A DNA stretch of 47,426 nt from Candidatus Finniella inopinata (lineage in GTDB: Bacteria; Pseudomonadota; Alphaproteobacteria; Paracaedibacterales; CAITNM01): assembly GCA_945860985.1 (NCBI GenBank), contig CAMASM010000002.1:1-47426 (forward strand). Direction: 5' to 3'. Both the position numbers and the translations under genes were made by a program. This document shows positions 1 to 8,132 of the stretch, one piece after another. How positions within the stretch are numbered: the stretch's first letter is position 1; each line of letters starts with the position of its first letter. The notes below the pieces were generated by a model, which was not told the DNA's origin, did no database searches, and saw only the letters and a program-made list of their open reading frames with translations.

Positions 1-252
1 GATTGAGGACTTCGATTGCCAAAGCTTCGCTATTTTCACTCTTTCCTCATAAGATAAGTGGTGATATTTTTCCAAATGCAACTCCATTTTTTTGTTTGTA
101 TTTCAACTAACATCTTATGGTGTTGCACTTCATTTTAGAACAGGCGTAACGCGTTTTCTTTTAAATAGACCGGCAATTAAAGATATAAGCGCACTGATTG
201 CTAGAATAAATTCTGGTACTGCAGGAATTGCTTTTAAAATACTAGCGAGCAT
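1..252 (-). pseudogene. nuoN: NADH-quinone oxidoreductase subunit N, interrupted 5' fragment
   Basis: ATG at 252..250 lies 16 nt downstream of the nuoM stop, in the expected nuoL-M-N order. It opens 'MLASILKAIPAVPEFILAISALISLIAGLFKRKRVTPVLK', a NuoN-type first TM helix. The frame hits TGA at 132..130 after 40 codons. A NuoN-like 'NGVAFGK' continues in another frame after a T7/A7 run (87..93) and also stops. Absent from the ORF track; runs off the window edge. Confidence 0.35.
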
Positions 253-268
253 GATTTAACTTAACCTT

Positions 269-1783
269 TTATTCTAGCCTAGATATTGTTACTTTTGAAA
301 GGCTTGTATGGGTTTGTCTAATTGTTCGGCGGATAGGTGTTAAAATTGGTGACGGATATATCCCAAGGATTATAATGCTGCTGGTTAGTATTGTTAACAC
401 CATTTTTTCAAATGGTTTTAGTTTTAAAATTTTTACGTAGTCGTTTACATCTAATCTTTTATCAAGACCTAGTTTATTTGAAAACTTTCCATAAAAAATT
501 TTACTAACAAGATTAAGCATATAGCCAGCACTTAGTACCATACCAAGGCAGGCAAAAGCAGTTGTAATTGGCCGAACGGAAAAGCTGGAAGCTAAAATTA
601 GTATTTCGCCAATAAATCCTGATGTTAGAGGTAGTCCAATAGATGCAAATGATAATGCTATGAAAATTATGCAAAACCCTGGCATAATTTTGACTAATCC
701 ACCGTAGTCTTCAATATCGCGAGTATGGAATCTATCATATAACATACCTATACAAAAAAATAATGCCGCAGAAATTAGTCCATGACTAATCATATGGAAA
801 ATTGAACCTATTAGTGCATCTGGTTTTAAGGTAAAAATCCCTAAGGTTACTGTTCCCATATGGGCAATCGAAGAATAAGCTATTATTTTTTTTATGTCAG
901 TTTGTCCCAGTGCAATTAGTGATGTCCAAATAATTGCTATTATGCTAATTACAGCAAAAAACGGTGCAAACATTTCTGTAGCATGTGGGAAAAGTGGTAA
1001 ACAAAATCTAATAATTCCGTATCCTCCCATCTTTAATAATATTCCAGCTAATAATACTGATCCTCCAGATGGTGCTTCAACATGAGCATCTGGCAGCCAT
1101 GTGTGTAAGGGCCACATAGGAATTTTAATGGCAAAAGAAGCAATGAAGCTTAAGAATAGGAATATCTGTAAGTGCGGACCTATGTTCATATTTTGCAGAT
1201 CAATGAAGCTAGAAGTCTGGGTCTCTGCAAAAATTTTGAGTATGCCCAGTAGCATGAAAACAGAACCAAAAAGAGTGTACAAGAAAAATTTAAGTGAGGC
1301 ATATATCCTGTTTTTTCCACCCCAAATTCCGATAATTAAAAACATCGGAATTAATACAGCTTCAAAAAATATATAAAAAACAAATAAGTCAATTGCTGTA
1401 AAGCTGCCAATCATAAATGATTGTAGTACTAAGCAACATACTGTGTATTCACGTAAACGTTCTTTAACTGAATACCATGTGCCAAATATCATTAGGGTTG
1501 AAAGCCATGTAGACATGACTACAAAAAATAAGGAAATTCCGTCTACTCCTAAGATAAAAGTAACGCCGATTGTTTTTGCCCAGCTATATTGTTCAATAAA
1601 CTGAAAATCCAGATTGTATTCTTCAAAAGAATACCAAAGAATGGTTGCTAAAAACGAATTGATACAGCTAACAAAAGCAGCAATTCTTCTGGAGTTATCG
1701 CTGCTTTCCTTGCGTACCAATGTGCAAATAAATGCTCCAAGAATTGGTAAAAAAATCATAGTTGATAGAAGAGGAATATTCAT
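269..1783 (-). CDS. nuoM: NADH-quinone oxidoreductase subunit M
   Basis: 504-aa polytopic protein with ND4/NuoM hallmarks ('PMWPLHTWLPDAHVEAPSGGSVLLAGILLKMGGYG', 'KKIIAYSSIAHMG'). Its ATG overlaps the upstream nuoL-C stop as ATGA (1783..1780). Confidence 0.93.
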   Translation of the reverse strand: MNIPLLSTMIFLPILGAFICTLVRKESSDNSRRIAAFVSCINSFLATILWYSFEEYNLDFQFIEQYSWAKTIGVTFILGVDGISLFFVVMSTWLSTLMIFGTWYSVKERLREYTVCCLVLQSFMIGSFTAIDLFVFYIFFEAVLIPMFLIIGIWGGKNRIYASLKFFLYTLFGSVFMLLGILKIFAETQTSSFIDLQNMNIGPHLQIFLFLSFIASFAIKIPMWPLHTWLPDAHVEAPSGGSVLLAGILLKMGGYGIIRFCLPLFPHATEMFAPFFAVISIIAIIWTSLIALGQTDIKKIIAYSSIAHMGTVTLGIFTLKPDALIGSIFHMISHGLISAALFFCIGMLYDRFHTRDIEDYGGLVKIMPGFCIIFIALSFASIGLPLTSGFIGEILILASSFSVRPITTAFACLGMVLSAGYMLNLVSKIFYGKFSNKLGLDKRLDVNDYVKILKLKPFEKMVLTILTSSIIILGIYPSPILTPIRRTIRQTHTSLSKVTISRLE

Positions 1784-2184
1784 AGCCGTCCCATTACCAA
1801 TTTCAATTCTTTTGAAATATTAGGGAATAGCTGCATGGCAAGATAAGACGCTAGTATCAAAACAATGCCAAGTACAACAGTAAATCCATAATGAAATAAA
1901 TATCCAGTTTGAGCTTTTTGAAAGTACTCTCCTGATTTGAATGTAAGTTTAGCAAAGCCATCCGGACCTAGACGGTCAATTGTGCCGCGGTCACCAGATT
2001 TGTAAAGTATGTGACCAAGCTTTATGCAAGGGGTGACAATTTTTTTTTGGTACAGTTCATCGAAATACCATTTATTTTTTAAAAACTGATACATTTTGGG
2101 ATATTTATCTGAGATTGCCGATGCAACTGAAGTTTTTTGTATGTAGGCATAATAGCATAAATAAAGCCCAAGAATTGCAAACAC
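1780..2184 (-). CDS. nuoL: NADH-quinone oxidoreductase subunit L, C-terminal piece (TM15, lateral helix, TM16)
   Basis: 134 aa: hydrophobic N-terminus 'FAILGLYLCYYAY', NuoL C-terminal signature 'NKWYFDELY...IDRLGPDG', then a terminal TM 'GYLFHYGFTVVLGIVLILASY'. The GTG start shares its G with the TAG stop of the upstream piece. Confidence 0.75.
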   Translation of the reverse strand: MFAILGLYLCYYAYIQKTSVASAISDKYPKMYQFLKNKWYFDELYQKKIVTPCIKLGHILYKSGDRGTIDRLGPDGFAKLTFKSGEYFQKAQTGYLFHYGFTVVLGIVLILASYLAMQLFPNISKELKLVMGRL

Positions 2185-3722
2185 TAGAGGTAGCAGTTCA
2201 ATAAATATGGGGCATGTTCTGGTATAAAAAAGATGATGCTGTTATTCCAATAAAAACCAAGTGATTGATCAATAATTAATTTAAAGCCCAGGTATCCAGA
2301 AATTATTGATCCAAGTGATAGTATGTGGATAGGGTATTGCATAGCTTTCGGAACCTTATGAATGTGTGCCGTAACATGTTCATCAGCATTTACTTTGCCA
2401 TGGAATACTAAGAATAATAATCTCCATGAGTATATTCCAGTTAGAAGTGTTAATACTAAGCATAATCCGTAGTATAGGTATGGAAATGAAGTTGATGATT
2501 GGTATATAGCTTCAAAAATTAAATCTTTAGAATAGTATCCAGCAAAAAGAGGGAATCCACAAAGTGCAAGGGTACCGATCATCATTGTGTAGTAGCTAAA
2601 TGGTAAGTGTGGTTTTAGTCCCCCCATGTGCATAATATTTTGTTCATGTGACATAGCATGAATAACGGCACCCGCACTTAAAAACAATTGTGCTTTAAAA
2701 AAAGCATGGGTGAATAAGTGAAAAAATGCTACGGAATAGGCACCTGCTGCACAGGACATAAACATCATCCCTATTTGGCTACACGTAGAATAGGCAATAA
2801 TTTTTTTAATGTCAGTTTGGCAAATTGCGACGGATCCTGCAAAAATTCCTGTAGCTAGGCCTACAAACATCATTGTTTGTTTTGCAATTGGAGCTAGCTC
2901 AAATAATGGGCTGAATCGTATAACTAAAAATACGCCAGCGGTAACCATAGTTGCTGCATGTAGTAGTGCAGAAACAGGTGTTGGTGCTTCCATTGCATCG
3001 GGTAACCAAATATGCAATCCAAATTGTCCTGATTTACCCATCGCACCTAAAAATAGAAATAGGCAAGCTGTGTTTAGCCAAAAAGTATTAAGGTGTGTTT
3101 CTTGTTGACTTAATATTGCAAAAATTTCTTTAAATTCTAATGTATTGAAAAGTGTAAAAATTGTACCAATTGCAAGGACTATACCAATGTCTCCTATGCG
3201 ATTAACAACAAAAGCTTTGATTGATGCACTAATAGCTGTATTTTTTTCATGCCAATAACCAATTAGTAAATATGAAGCAAGGCCAACCCCTTCCCAACCA
3301 CAAAATAGTTGTAGCAAGTTTGAAGAGCAAACCAGCAATAGCATCATAAAGGTAAATAGGTTTAAATGTCCCAAAAAGCGTGATTTGCCAGGATCTTCTT
3401 TCATATATCCTAGTGAATAAATATGTACAAGTAGTGAGATAAACGTAACCAAACTCATCATTAGTGTGCTGAGTGAGTCGAACAAAAAAGTCCATTTAAC
3501 ATTTATTTTTTCAGCTTTAATCCAATCAAACAGGCTTACGTAATCAGCTCCATCTTGGTTGATTTGGTACAAAAGCATACAGCATGCTAAAAAACTAATT
3601 GCTATTGTTGCAACATAAACCCAGTAAGCGTTTTTGCTATCGTTGTATGCGCGTATGTAGGCAAAGATAGCACCGACCAGAGGTGCTCCTAGACTTAGGC
3701 ATCCTAGTTGAAAAGAATTCAT
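2184..3722 (-). CDS. nuoL: NADH-quinone oxidoreductase subunit L, N-terminal antiporter-like core
   Basis: 512 aa with ND5/NuoL hallmarks ('WEGVGLASYLLIGYWHEK', 'LHIWLPDAMEAPTPVSALLHAATMVTAGVFL', 'KKIIAYSTCSQIGMM'). It ends at TAG 2186..2184, where intact NuoL proteins continue. Confidence 0.88.
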   Translation of the reverse strand: MNSFQLGCLSLGAPLVGAIFAYIRAYNDSKNAYWVYVATIAISFLACCMLLYQINQDGADYVSLFDWIKAEKINVKWTFLFDSLSTLMMSLVTFISLLVHIYSLGYMKEDPGKSRFLGHLNLFTFMMLLLVCSSNLLQLFCGWEGVGLASYLLIGYWHEKNTAISASIKAFVVNRIGDIGIVLAIGTIFTLFNTLEFKEIFAILSQQETHLNTFWLNTACLFLFLGAMGKSGQFGLHIWLPDAMEAPTPVSALLHAATMVTAGVFLVIRFSPLFELAPIAKQTMMFVGLATGIFAGSVAICQTDIKKIIAYSTCSQIGMMFMSCAAGAYSVAFFHLFTHAFFKAQLFLSAGAVIHAMSHEQNIMHMGGLKPHLPFSYYTMMIGTLALCGFPLFAGYYSKDLIFEAIYQSSTSFPYLYYGLCLVLTLLTGIYSWRLLFLVFHGKVNADEHVTAHIHKVPKAMQYPIHILSLGSIISGYLGFKLIIDQSLGFYWNNSIIFFIPEHAPYLLNCYL

Positions 3723-3801
3723 TCAAAATCAACTTAACTTTCTTGAATAATACTAATCTTAATTTTAGTTAAATGCTAGATATAGGTTAGTTTTTTGCGA
3801 T

Positions 3802-5436
3802 CTACTTATTAATTTTGTTTTTAAAAAATTCAGTTATTGTTTCATTTTCTAAATTCAAAAATTTTAGGCTACGTTCTCTGTTTTTTTCAAGGTGTGGAAG
3901 CATTTTTTGATAAGTTTTATCGGTAAGAGAATTAGCCACTGTAATTAATTCTTGTAAAGAATTTACAATAATCATACCTTTTGCATCGAAGTAATCTAGA
4001 ATATTGGGGCACCCTATGTAAATAGGTACTGAAAGTGATATAAAGCAACCTAATAATTTTTCTGTAAAGTAATCTTCTTGTTGTGTATTTTCTATAGCTA
4101 TAGAAAATTGTGAGTTGAAGATCCATTTTTTTGAATCTGTTGGTAGTACACGATTTTGTAAATCTTTAGGGTATTTATCTTTATCGCGAAATGATAAATA
4201 AAATTGGGTTGGTATTTTAAAATCTTCTTCGTAATCCCAAATATCTTTTCGCAGTTTGTAGTTAAATCCAGATTTTTGACGATATGCTTCAAGGCTTGCT
4301 CCACCTAAGCTTAATAGGTAGCTTATTCCAAACTTTTTTGTTTTATCAAGTTCTTCGGTGTTAACGTACGCGTGCAGGAAACCAGGTATTATTTTTAAAT
4401 TCTTAATTGGTAGTTTTGAATTTATTAAACAAAGGTCAAAACCATCAGAAATTCTTACTAAATAGTCTTTAAAATTTTGTTGTGAAGTATCTTGGTAATT
4501 CCATTTGCACCTTAGTAAATTTTTTAAAAACCTTCTAATTTGAAATACCCAGTTTCCAGATCTTGCAAAGATAATAGGCTCATCACAATAGTGGGCAATA
4601 TTAATCATTAGTGGATTAATTATTCCGTTCTTATGCCAGCCTGTATAGTTGTAGAGTCGATGCATTAAGTATACAAAATCATTTTTCACATATGTAATTG
4701 CTGCTTCCGGAATAGCTTTAGGTTGCGGTTTTAGTTCACAAAAATTGTAATTGCTGTTTTTAATAAAATCACTTTGGTAAAAACTTTTTTGCTTATAATT
4801 ATCATGGATGATTTTTAATCCGCGTTTTGTTTGTGGCTCAAAGCGGGTCATTTCTTTTTTGTCTAATTTTTCCGGCAAATGTAATGTGATTGCAAATTTA
4901 TTAATTCGAATAAATTCCTCAACTGCCATCCAGGCGCGTCCCAGTTCGTTTGCGTTTGCGTATATGTCGATGTTTAGATTGTGTTTCTCAAGGTCTGGTT
5001 GAGTTAAAAAATTTACAAATGGACTTTCATCAATTGTTAATAAAAACTTTGCTAAAACTCTTTTGGAGTTGCTGGTTTTTTTTTGTGGCCAAAGACGTTC
5101 TTTGTAAAGAGTAGTATTAAACCAAGGGTTTGGGTCTGTATGTTTGTGCCAATCATCACTTTGCCATCCACGTTGTAAAAAGTGATCAATAGCTTTGAGT
5201 CCAGATTTTTTAACAGCCTTGCTATATTTGCTTAGATAAAATTGTTCATCGAAATATGGCTCAATAATTGCTTTGTGTTGTTCATAACTTTGAGAAAAAT
5301 TTGCCCATAAAAAATATTTGCATTCCTGTATTTCTTCTTCAAAGATTACGAGGCTTGCTAGCATAGGAATTGCAACTGCAAATGGAATTGCGTATTTTTT
5401 TATTTTTTTAATAATTAAAGATTTGATTTTATTCAT
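3802..5436 (-). CDS. Membrane-anchored glycosyltransferase, GT10 (alpha-1,3/4-fucosyltransferase)-like C-terminal domain
   Basis: An N-terminal TM ('YAIPFAVAIPMLASLVIF') suggests a type-II anchor. 'FDEQFYLSKYSKAVKKSGLKAIDHFLQRGW...PNPWFNTTLY' resembles the FDxxxYLxxNPDV...HYLxxG repeat of polysaccharide-modifying enzymes. C-terminal 'FSIAIENTQQEDYFTEKLLGCFISLSVPIYIGCPNILDYF' matches the GT10 core motif (F-x-L-x-F-E-N-x...Y-x-T-E-K...P-x-Y-x-G). Confidence 0.6.
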   Translation of the reverse strand: MNKIKSLIIKKIKKYAIPFAVAIPMLASLVIFEEEIQECKYFLWANFSQSYEQHKAIIEPYFDEQFYLSKYSKAVKKSGLKAIDHFLQRGWQSDDWHKHTDPNPWFNTTLYKERLWPQKKTSNSKRVLAKFLLTIDESPFVNFLTQPDLEKHNLNIDIYANANELGRAWMAVEEFIRINKFAITLHLPEKLDKKEMTRFEPQTKRGLKIIHDNYKQKSFYQSDFIKNSNYNFCELKPQPKAIPEAAITYVKNDFVYLMHRLYNYTGWHKNGIINPLMINIAHYCDEPIIFARSGNWVFQIRRFLKNLLRCKWNYQDTSQQNFKDYLVRISDGFDLCLINSKLPIKNLKIIPGFLHAYVNTEELDKTKKFGISYLLSLGGASLEAYRQKSGFNYKLRKDIWDYEEDFKIPTQFYLSFRDKDKYPKDLQNRVLPTDSKKWIFNSQFSIAIENTQQEDYFTEKLLGCFISLSVPIYIGCPNILDYFDAKGMIIVNSLQELITVANSLTDKTYQKMLPHLEKNRERSLKFLNLENETITEFFKNKINK

Positions 5437-6431
5437 TATTGGTAAACAGTTAATTCCTTTAACGCTAGAACTATGGTAATTCCTCCGTCCAAGTTTATTT
5501 CCATGGAATTAATTACGCCAGTGGAAAACAACTCTATATCGCTTTCCTTGTAACTTGCCGCTGGTTCGTAGCTTGCTGTTGGGTTTTGTGAATCAAGTTC
5601 ATATATAGCATCTTTTACGCGCCACAATTTTTTAGAAGGCAAAAGGGCACTGTTTTTGAAAACTTTCGCCTCTTTGCTTGGTGTGATTACTGAATTAATG
5701 CTTAGTGCTTCACGTGTTTCATTAATGCTTAGTGTTTCACGTGTTTCGTAGGTTGGATCAAAAACGATTTGGTCTGATAAAATTTTTTGGTTTTTTTCCA
5801 TAGTCCCTATAGTTTTAAGAATATTTTCTAGATGGCCTATTGGAAAATCTATTGGGCGGTTTATTATAAATCCATTCATTGGTGGTTTTTCAAAATAAAT
5901 TATCCAACCATTTTCGTCTGTTCGTTCTGCTTTTCCTTGTAAAATTGATTCTCGAATAGAGTCTCGTAAGTATTCAATGTGGAAAAAGAACTCAGTGGGA
6001 GATTCATATGTAGCCACATTTTTTTCAATTACAGTTATTGTGCCATCGTTATAATGTACGTATATTTTTAAATTCTGTTTGTAGGTCCAGCCCTCCTTTG
6101 TTTTTATAAGCTCAATGGTATTATCATTCCATTCGCTTGTTATATTATTTATAGTTGGGTCATTGGGTTTTTTTGAAAGATGAACAGTATAAGTGGCTTT
6201 ATGTGGCATAAGCTTGAATGATTGAGGCTTATTTGGCTGAACTGGGGCATCTTTATCTGAAACAAAATTTTCTGTTGATGTGGAAAAGTCTTCATTATTT
6301 GTTGCTAATGTTTCAATAATTGTAAGCTGTCCAGTAGAATTAGAATTTTCTCCAAAAGTAAATGTAAATGAAAGTAAAAAAAACGTGAAAAGCTTATACA
6401 CTATATAAAATTCTACAAAAAATGGTACCAC
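5436..6431 (-). CDS. Secreted protein, DUF1849/EipB-like (cell-envelope integrity family)
   Basis: GTG start with a hydrophobic signal-like N-terminus. 'LMPHKATYTVHLS', 'IDFPIGHLENIL' and the C-terminal beta-rich segment 'INLDGGITIVLALKELTVYQ' resemble, from memory, the alphaproteobacterial DUF1849/EipB layout. Its stop overlaps the GT10-like start as TAATG (5438..5434). Confidence 0.45.
   Translation of the reverse strand: MVPFFVEFYIVYKLFTFFLLSFTFTFGENSNSTGQLTIIETLATNNEDFSTSTENFVSDKDAPVQPNKPQSFKLMPHKATYTVHLSKKPNDPTINNITSEWNDNTIELIKTKEGWTYKQNLKIYVHYNDGTITVIEKNVATYESPTEFFFHIEYLRDSIRESILQGKAERTDENGWIIYFEKPPMNGFIINRPIDFPIGHLENILKTIGTMEKNQKILSDQIVFDPTYETRETLSINETREALSINSVITPSKEAKVFKNSALLPSKKLWRVKDAIYELDSQNPTASYEPAASYKESDIELFSTGVINSMEINLDGGITIVLALKELTVYQ
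5694..5747 (-). repeat. In-frame 27-bp tandem duplication inside the EipB-like CDS
   Basis: 'attaatgcttagtgCttcacgtgtttc' (5694..5720) is followed directly by 'attaatgcttagtgTttcacgtgtttc' (5721..5747), with one mismatch. It encodes the ETRE(T/A)LSIN repeat. Confidence 0.9.
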
Positions 6432-6609
6432 ACACTAACAAAATTCCTGTCGTAATTTTAGTTTTTTCTATAATTGTTAGGCTATATTAAATAAATTTTT
6501 GGTAACCGTTGTCTTTTAAACACGGTTTGTCTTGACATAAAATTTTTTCTACAATGTAAATGATCAAACAGAAGTTGTCCTGTTTGATTAATGGGCTAAA
6601 GAGGATTTT

Positions 6610-7266
6610 ATGAAAATATTTTTAGATACCGCAAATACGGATGAAGTTCGTAAATTTTTAGACGCTGGCTTAATTGACGGTATTACTACTAATCCAACTC
6701 TTATTGCTAATTCTGGTCGTAATTTATTTGAAGTGATTAGGGAATTGGCAGAAATGGTTAATGGGCCAATTAGTGCTGAAGTTACTGCTACCGATTGGCA
6801 GGGAATGGTGGCAGAAGGACACAAACTTGCGAAAATTTCAAAATATGTGGCGGTTAAGGTACCATTAACTTTTGACGGATTAAAAGCCTGTCATATTCTT
6901 AGTAAAGAAAACACAATGGTAAACGTTACTTTGTGCTTTTCTGCAACTCAGGCGTTACTTGCGGCGAAAGCAGGAGCTACTTTTATATCTCCTTTTGTGG
7001 GAAGGCTTGACGATATAAGTATTTCCGGTATGAAGATTATTGAAGAAATTTGTAATATCTATGCCCAATATCCATCAATTCATACGCAAGTATTGGTAGC
7101 TTCAGTTAGGCACCCTTTACATGTAGTTGAAGCAGCGCAATTGGGTGCGGATGTTGTTACAATCCCCACCAAAGTTTTGGAACAAATGCTTAAGCATCCT
7201 TTGACCGATAGAGGTTTAGATAGTTTTTTGCAAGATTGGAAAACTACTGGTCAATCGATTTTGTAG
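6610..7266 (+). CDS. tal: Transaldolase, short type 3B / fructose-6-phosphate aldolase family
   Basis: 218 aa. '[33 protein letters not shown]', 'VKVPLT' and '[31 protein letters not shown]' are typical of the short transaldolase/FSA family. Confidence 0.9.
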   Translation: MKIFLDTANTDEVRKFLDAGLIDGITTNPTLIANSGRNLFEVIRELAEMVNGPISAEVTATDWQGMVAEGHKLAKISKYVAVKVPLTFDGLKACHILSKENTMVNVTLCFSATQALLAAKAGATFISPFVGRLDDISISGMKIIEEICNIYAQYPSIHTQVLVASVRHPLHVVEAAQLGADVVTIPTKVLEQMLKHPLTDRGLDSFLQDWKTTGQSIL

Positions 7267-7273
7267 GGTATAT

Positions 7274-8053
7274 TTACTGAGCCACCCATCCACCATCGAT
7301 ACTAAGTGCGGCTCCATTAATTTGGTTTGCTGCTGAACTGCATAAGAATAGTACAAACTGTCCTACATTTTCTGGGGTTACAAATTGATTACTTGGTTGT
7401 TTTTCCATCAGTAGGTTTTCTGTGGCTTGTTCAATACTAATCTTTTGTTCTATAGATTTTTTTTGAATTTGTGATTCAACTAGTGGTGTGAGAACCCATC
7501 CTGGGCAAACTGCGTTGCAGGTTATTCCAATTTTTGCATTTTCCAAGGCTACTACTTTTGTAAGGCCAACCAGAGCATGCTTGCTGGCAACATATGCAGA
7601 TTTATTTGCAGAAGCTACTAAGCCATGGGCTGAGGCAATATTAATAATCTTACCCCATTTTTGTTTTTGCATGTGTGGTAAAAGATGTCGTGTCAGGTGA
7701 AAAGCAGAAGATAAGTTTATAGCAATAATTTGGTCCCATTTTTCGGGTGAAAAATCTTGAATTGGCGATACGTGTTGGATGCCGGCGTTATTAACTAAAA
7801 TATCAACATTGATTTTAGAGTCTTTCAATTCTGTGCAAAATTGTTCAATTGCTTTTGCGTTGCCCATGTCGACTTGGTAATAGCCAATAATACTACCAAA
7901 TTTTTCTAAATCCTTTATTTCTGTATCTATTTGTGATTGTGTTTCAATGCCGTGCAGTATAACTTGATAGCCTTTTTCTAGAAGAACTTTGGCTATACCA
8001 AAGCCTATGCCGCTAGATGAACCAGTAACTAAAGCAGTTTTTTTTGAATCCAT
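7274..8053 (-). CDS. bdhA: D-beta-hydroxybutyrate dehydrogenase (SDR family)
   Basis: 'TALVTGSSSGIGFGIA' (TGxxxGxG), 'NNAGIQHVSPIQDFSPEKWD' and 'ASAHGLVASANKSAYVASKHALVGLTK' (YxxxK) match the 3-hydroxybutyrate dehydrogenase subfamily. Length is 259 aa. Confidence 0.8.
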   Translation of the reverse strand: MDSKKTALVTGSSSGIGFGIAKVLLEKGYQVILHGIETQSQIDTEIKDLEKFGSIIGYYQVDMGNAKAIEQFCTELKDSKINVDILVNNAGIQHVSPIQDFSPEKWDQIIAINLSSAFHLTRHLLPHMQKQKWGKIINIASAHGLVASANKSAYVASKHALVGLTKVVALENAKIGITCNAVCPGWVLTPLVESQIQKKSIEQKISIEQATENLLMEKQPSNQFVTPENVGQFVLFLCSSAANQINGAALSIDGGWVAQ

Positions 8054-8132
8054 TGCTTTCTCTTTGTAAATTTGATAGCTTTACAGGTCGGTGTTCCATT
8101 TTGGCCATATTTTCCGTTAATAGCAAATATTT

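Noticed and set aside
894-1376. Plus-strand ORFs 894..1085 and 1101..1376, antisense to nuoM
   Set aside because: They lie entirely inside a well-supported nuoM CDS on the other strand, have low-complexity or odd composition, and show no motifs. They are typical shadow ORFs.
6532-6561. TTGACA (6532..6537) with TACAAT/GTAAAT candidates upstream of tal as a sigma70 promoter
   Set aside because: Spacing to the best -10 (TACAAT) is only 12 nt, and the alternative -10 (GTAAAT, 18-nt spacer) is weak. In AT-rich DNA such hexamers are frequent, so it is not reported as a feature.
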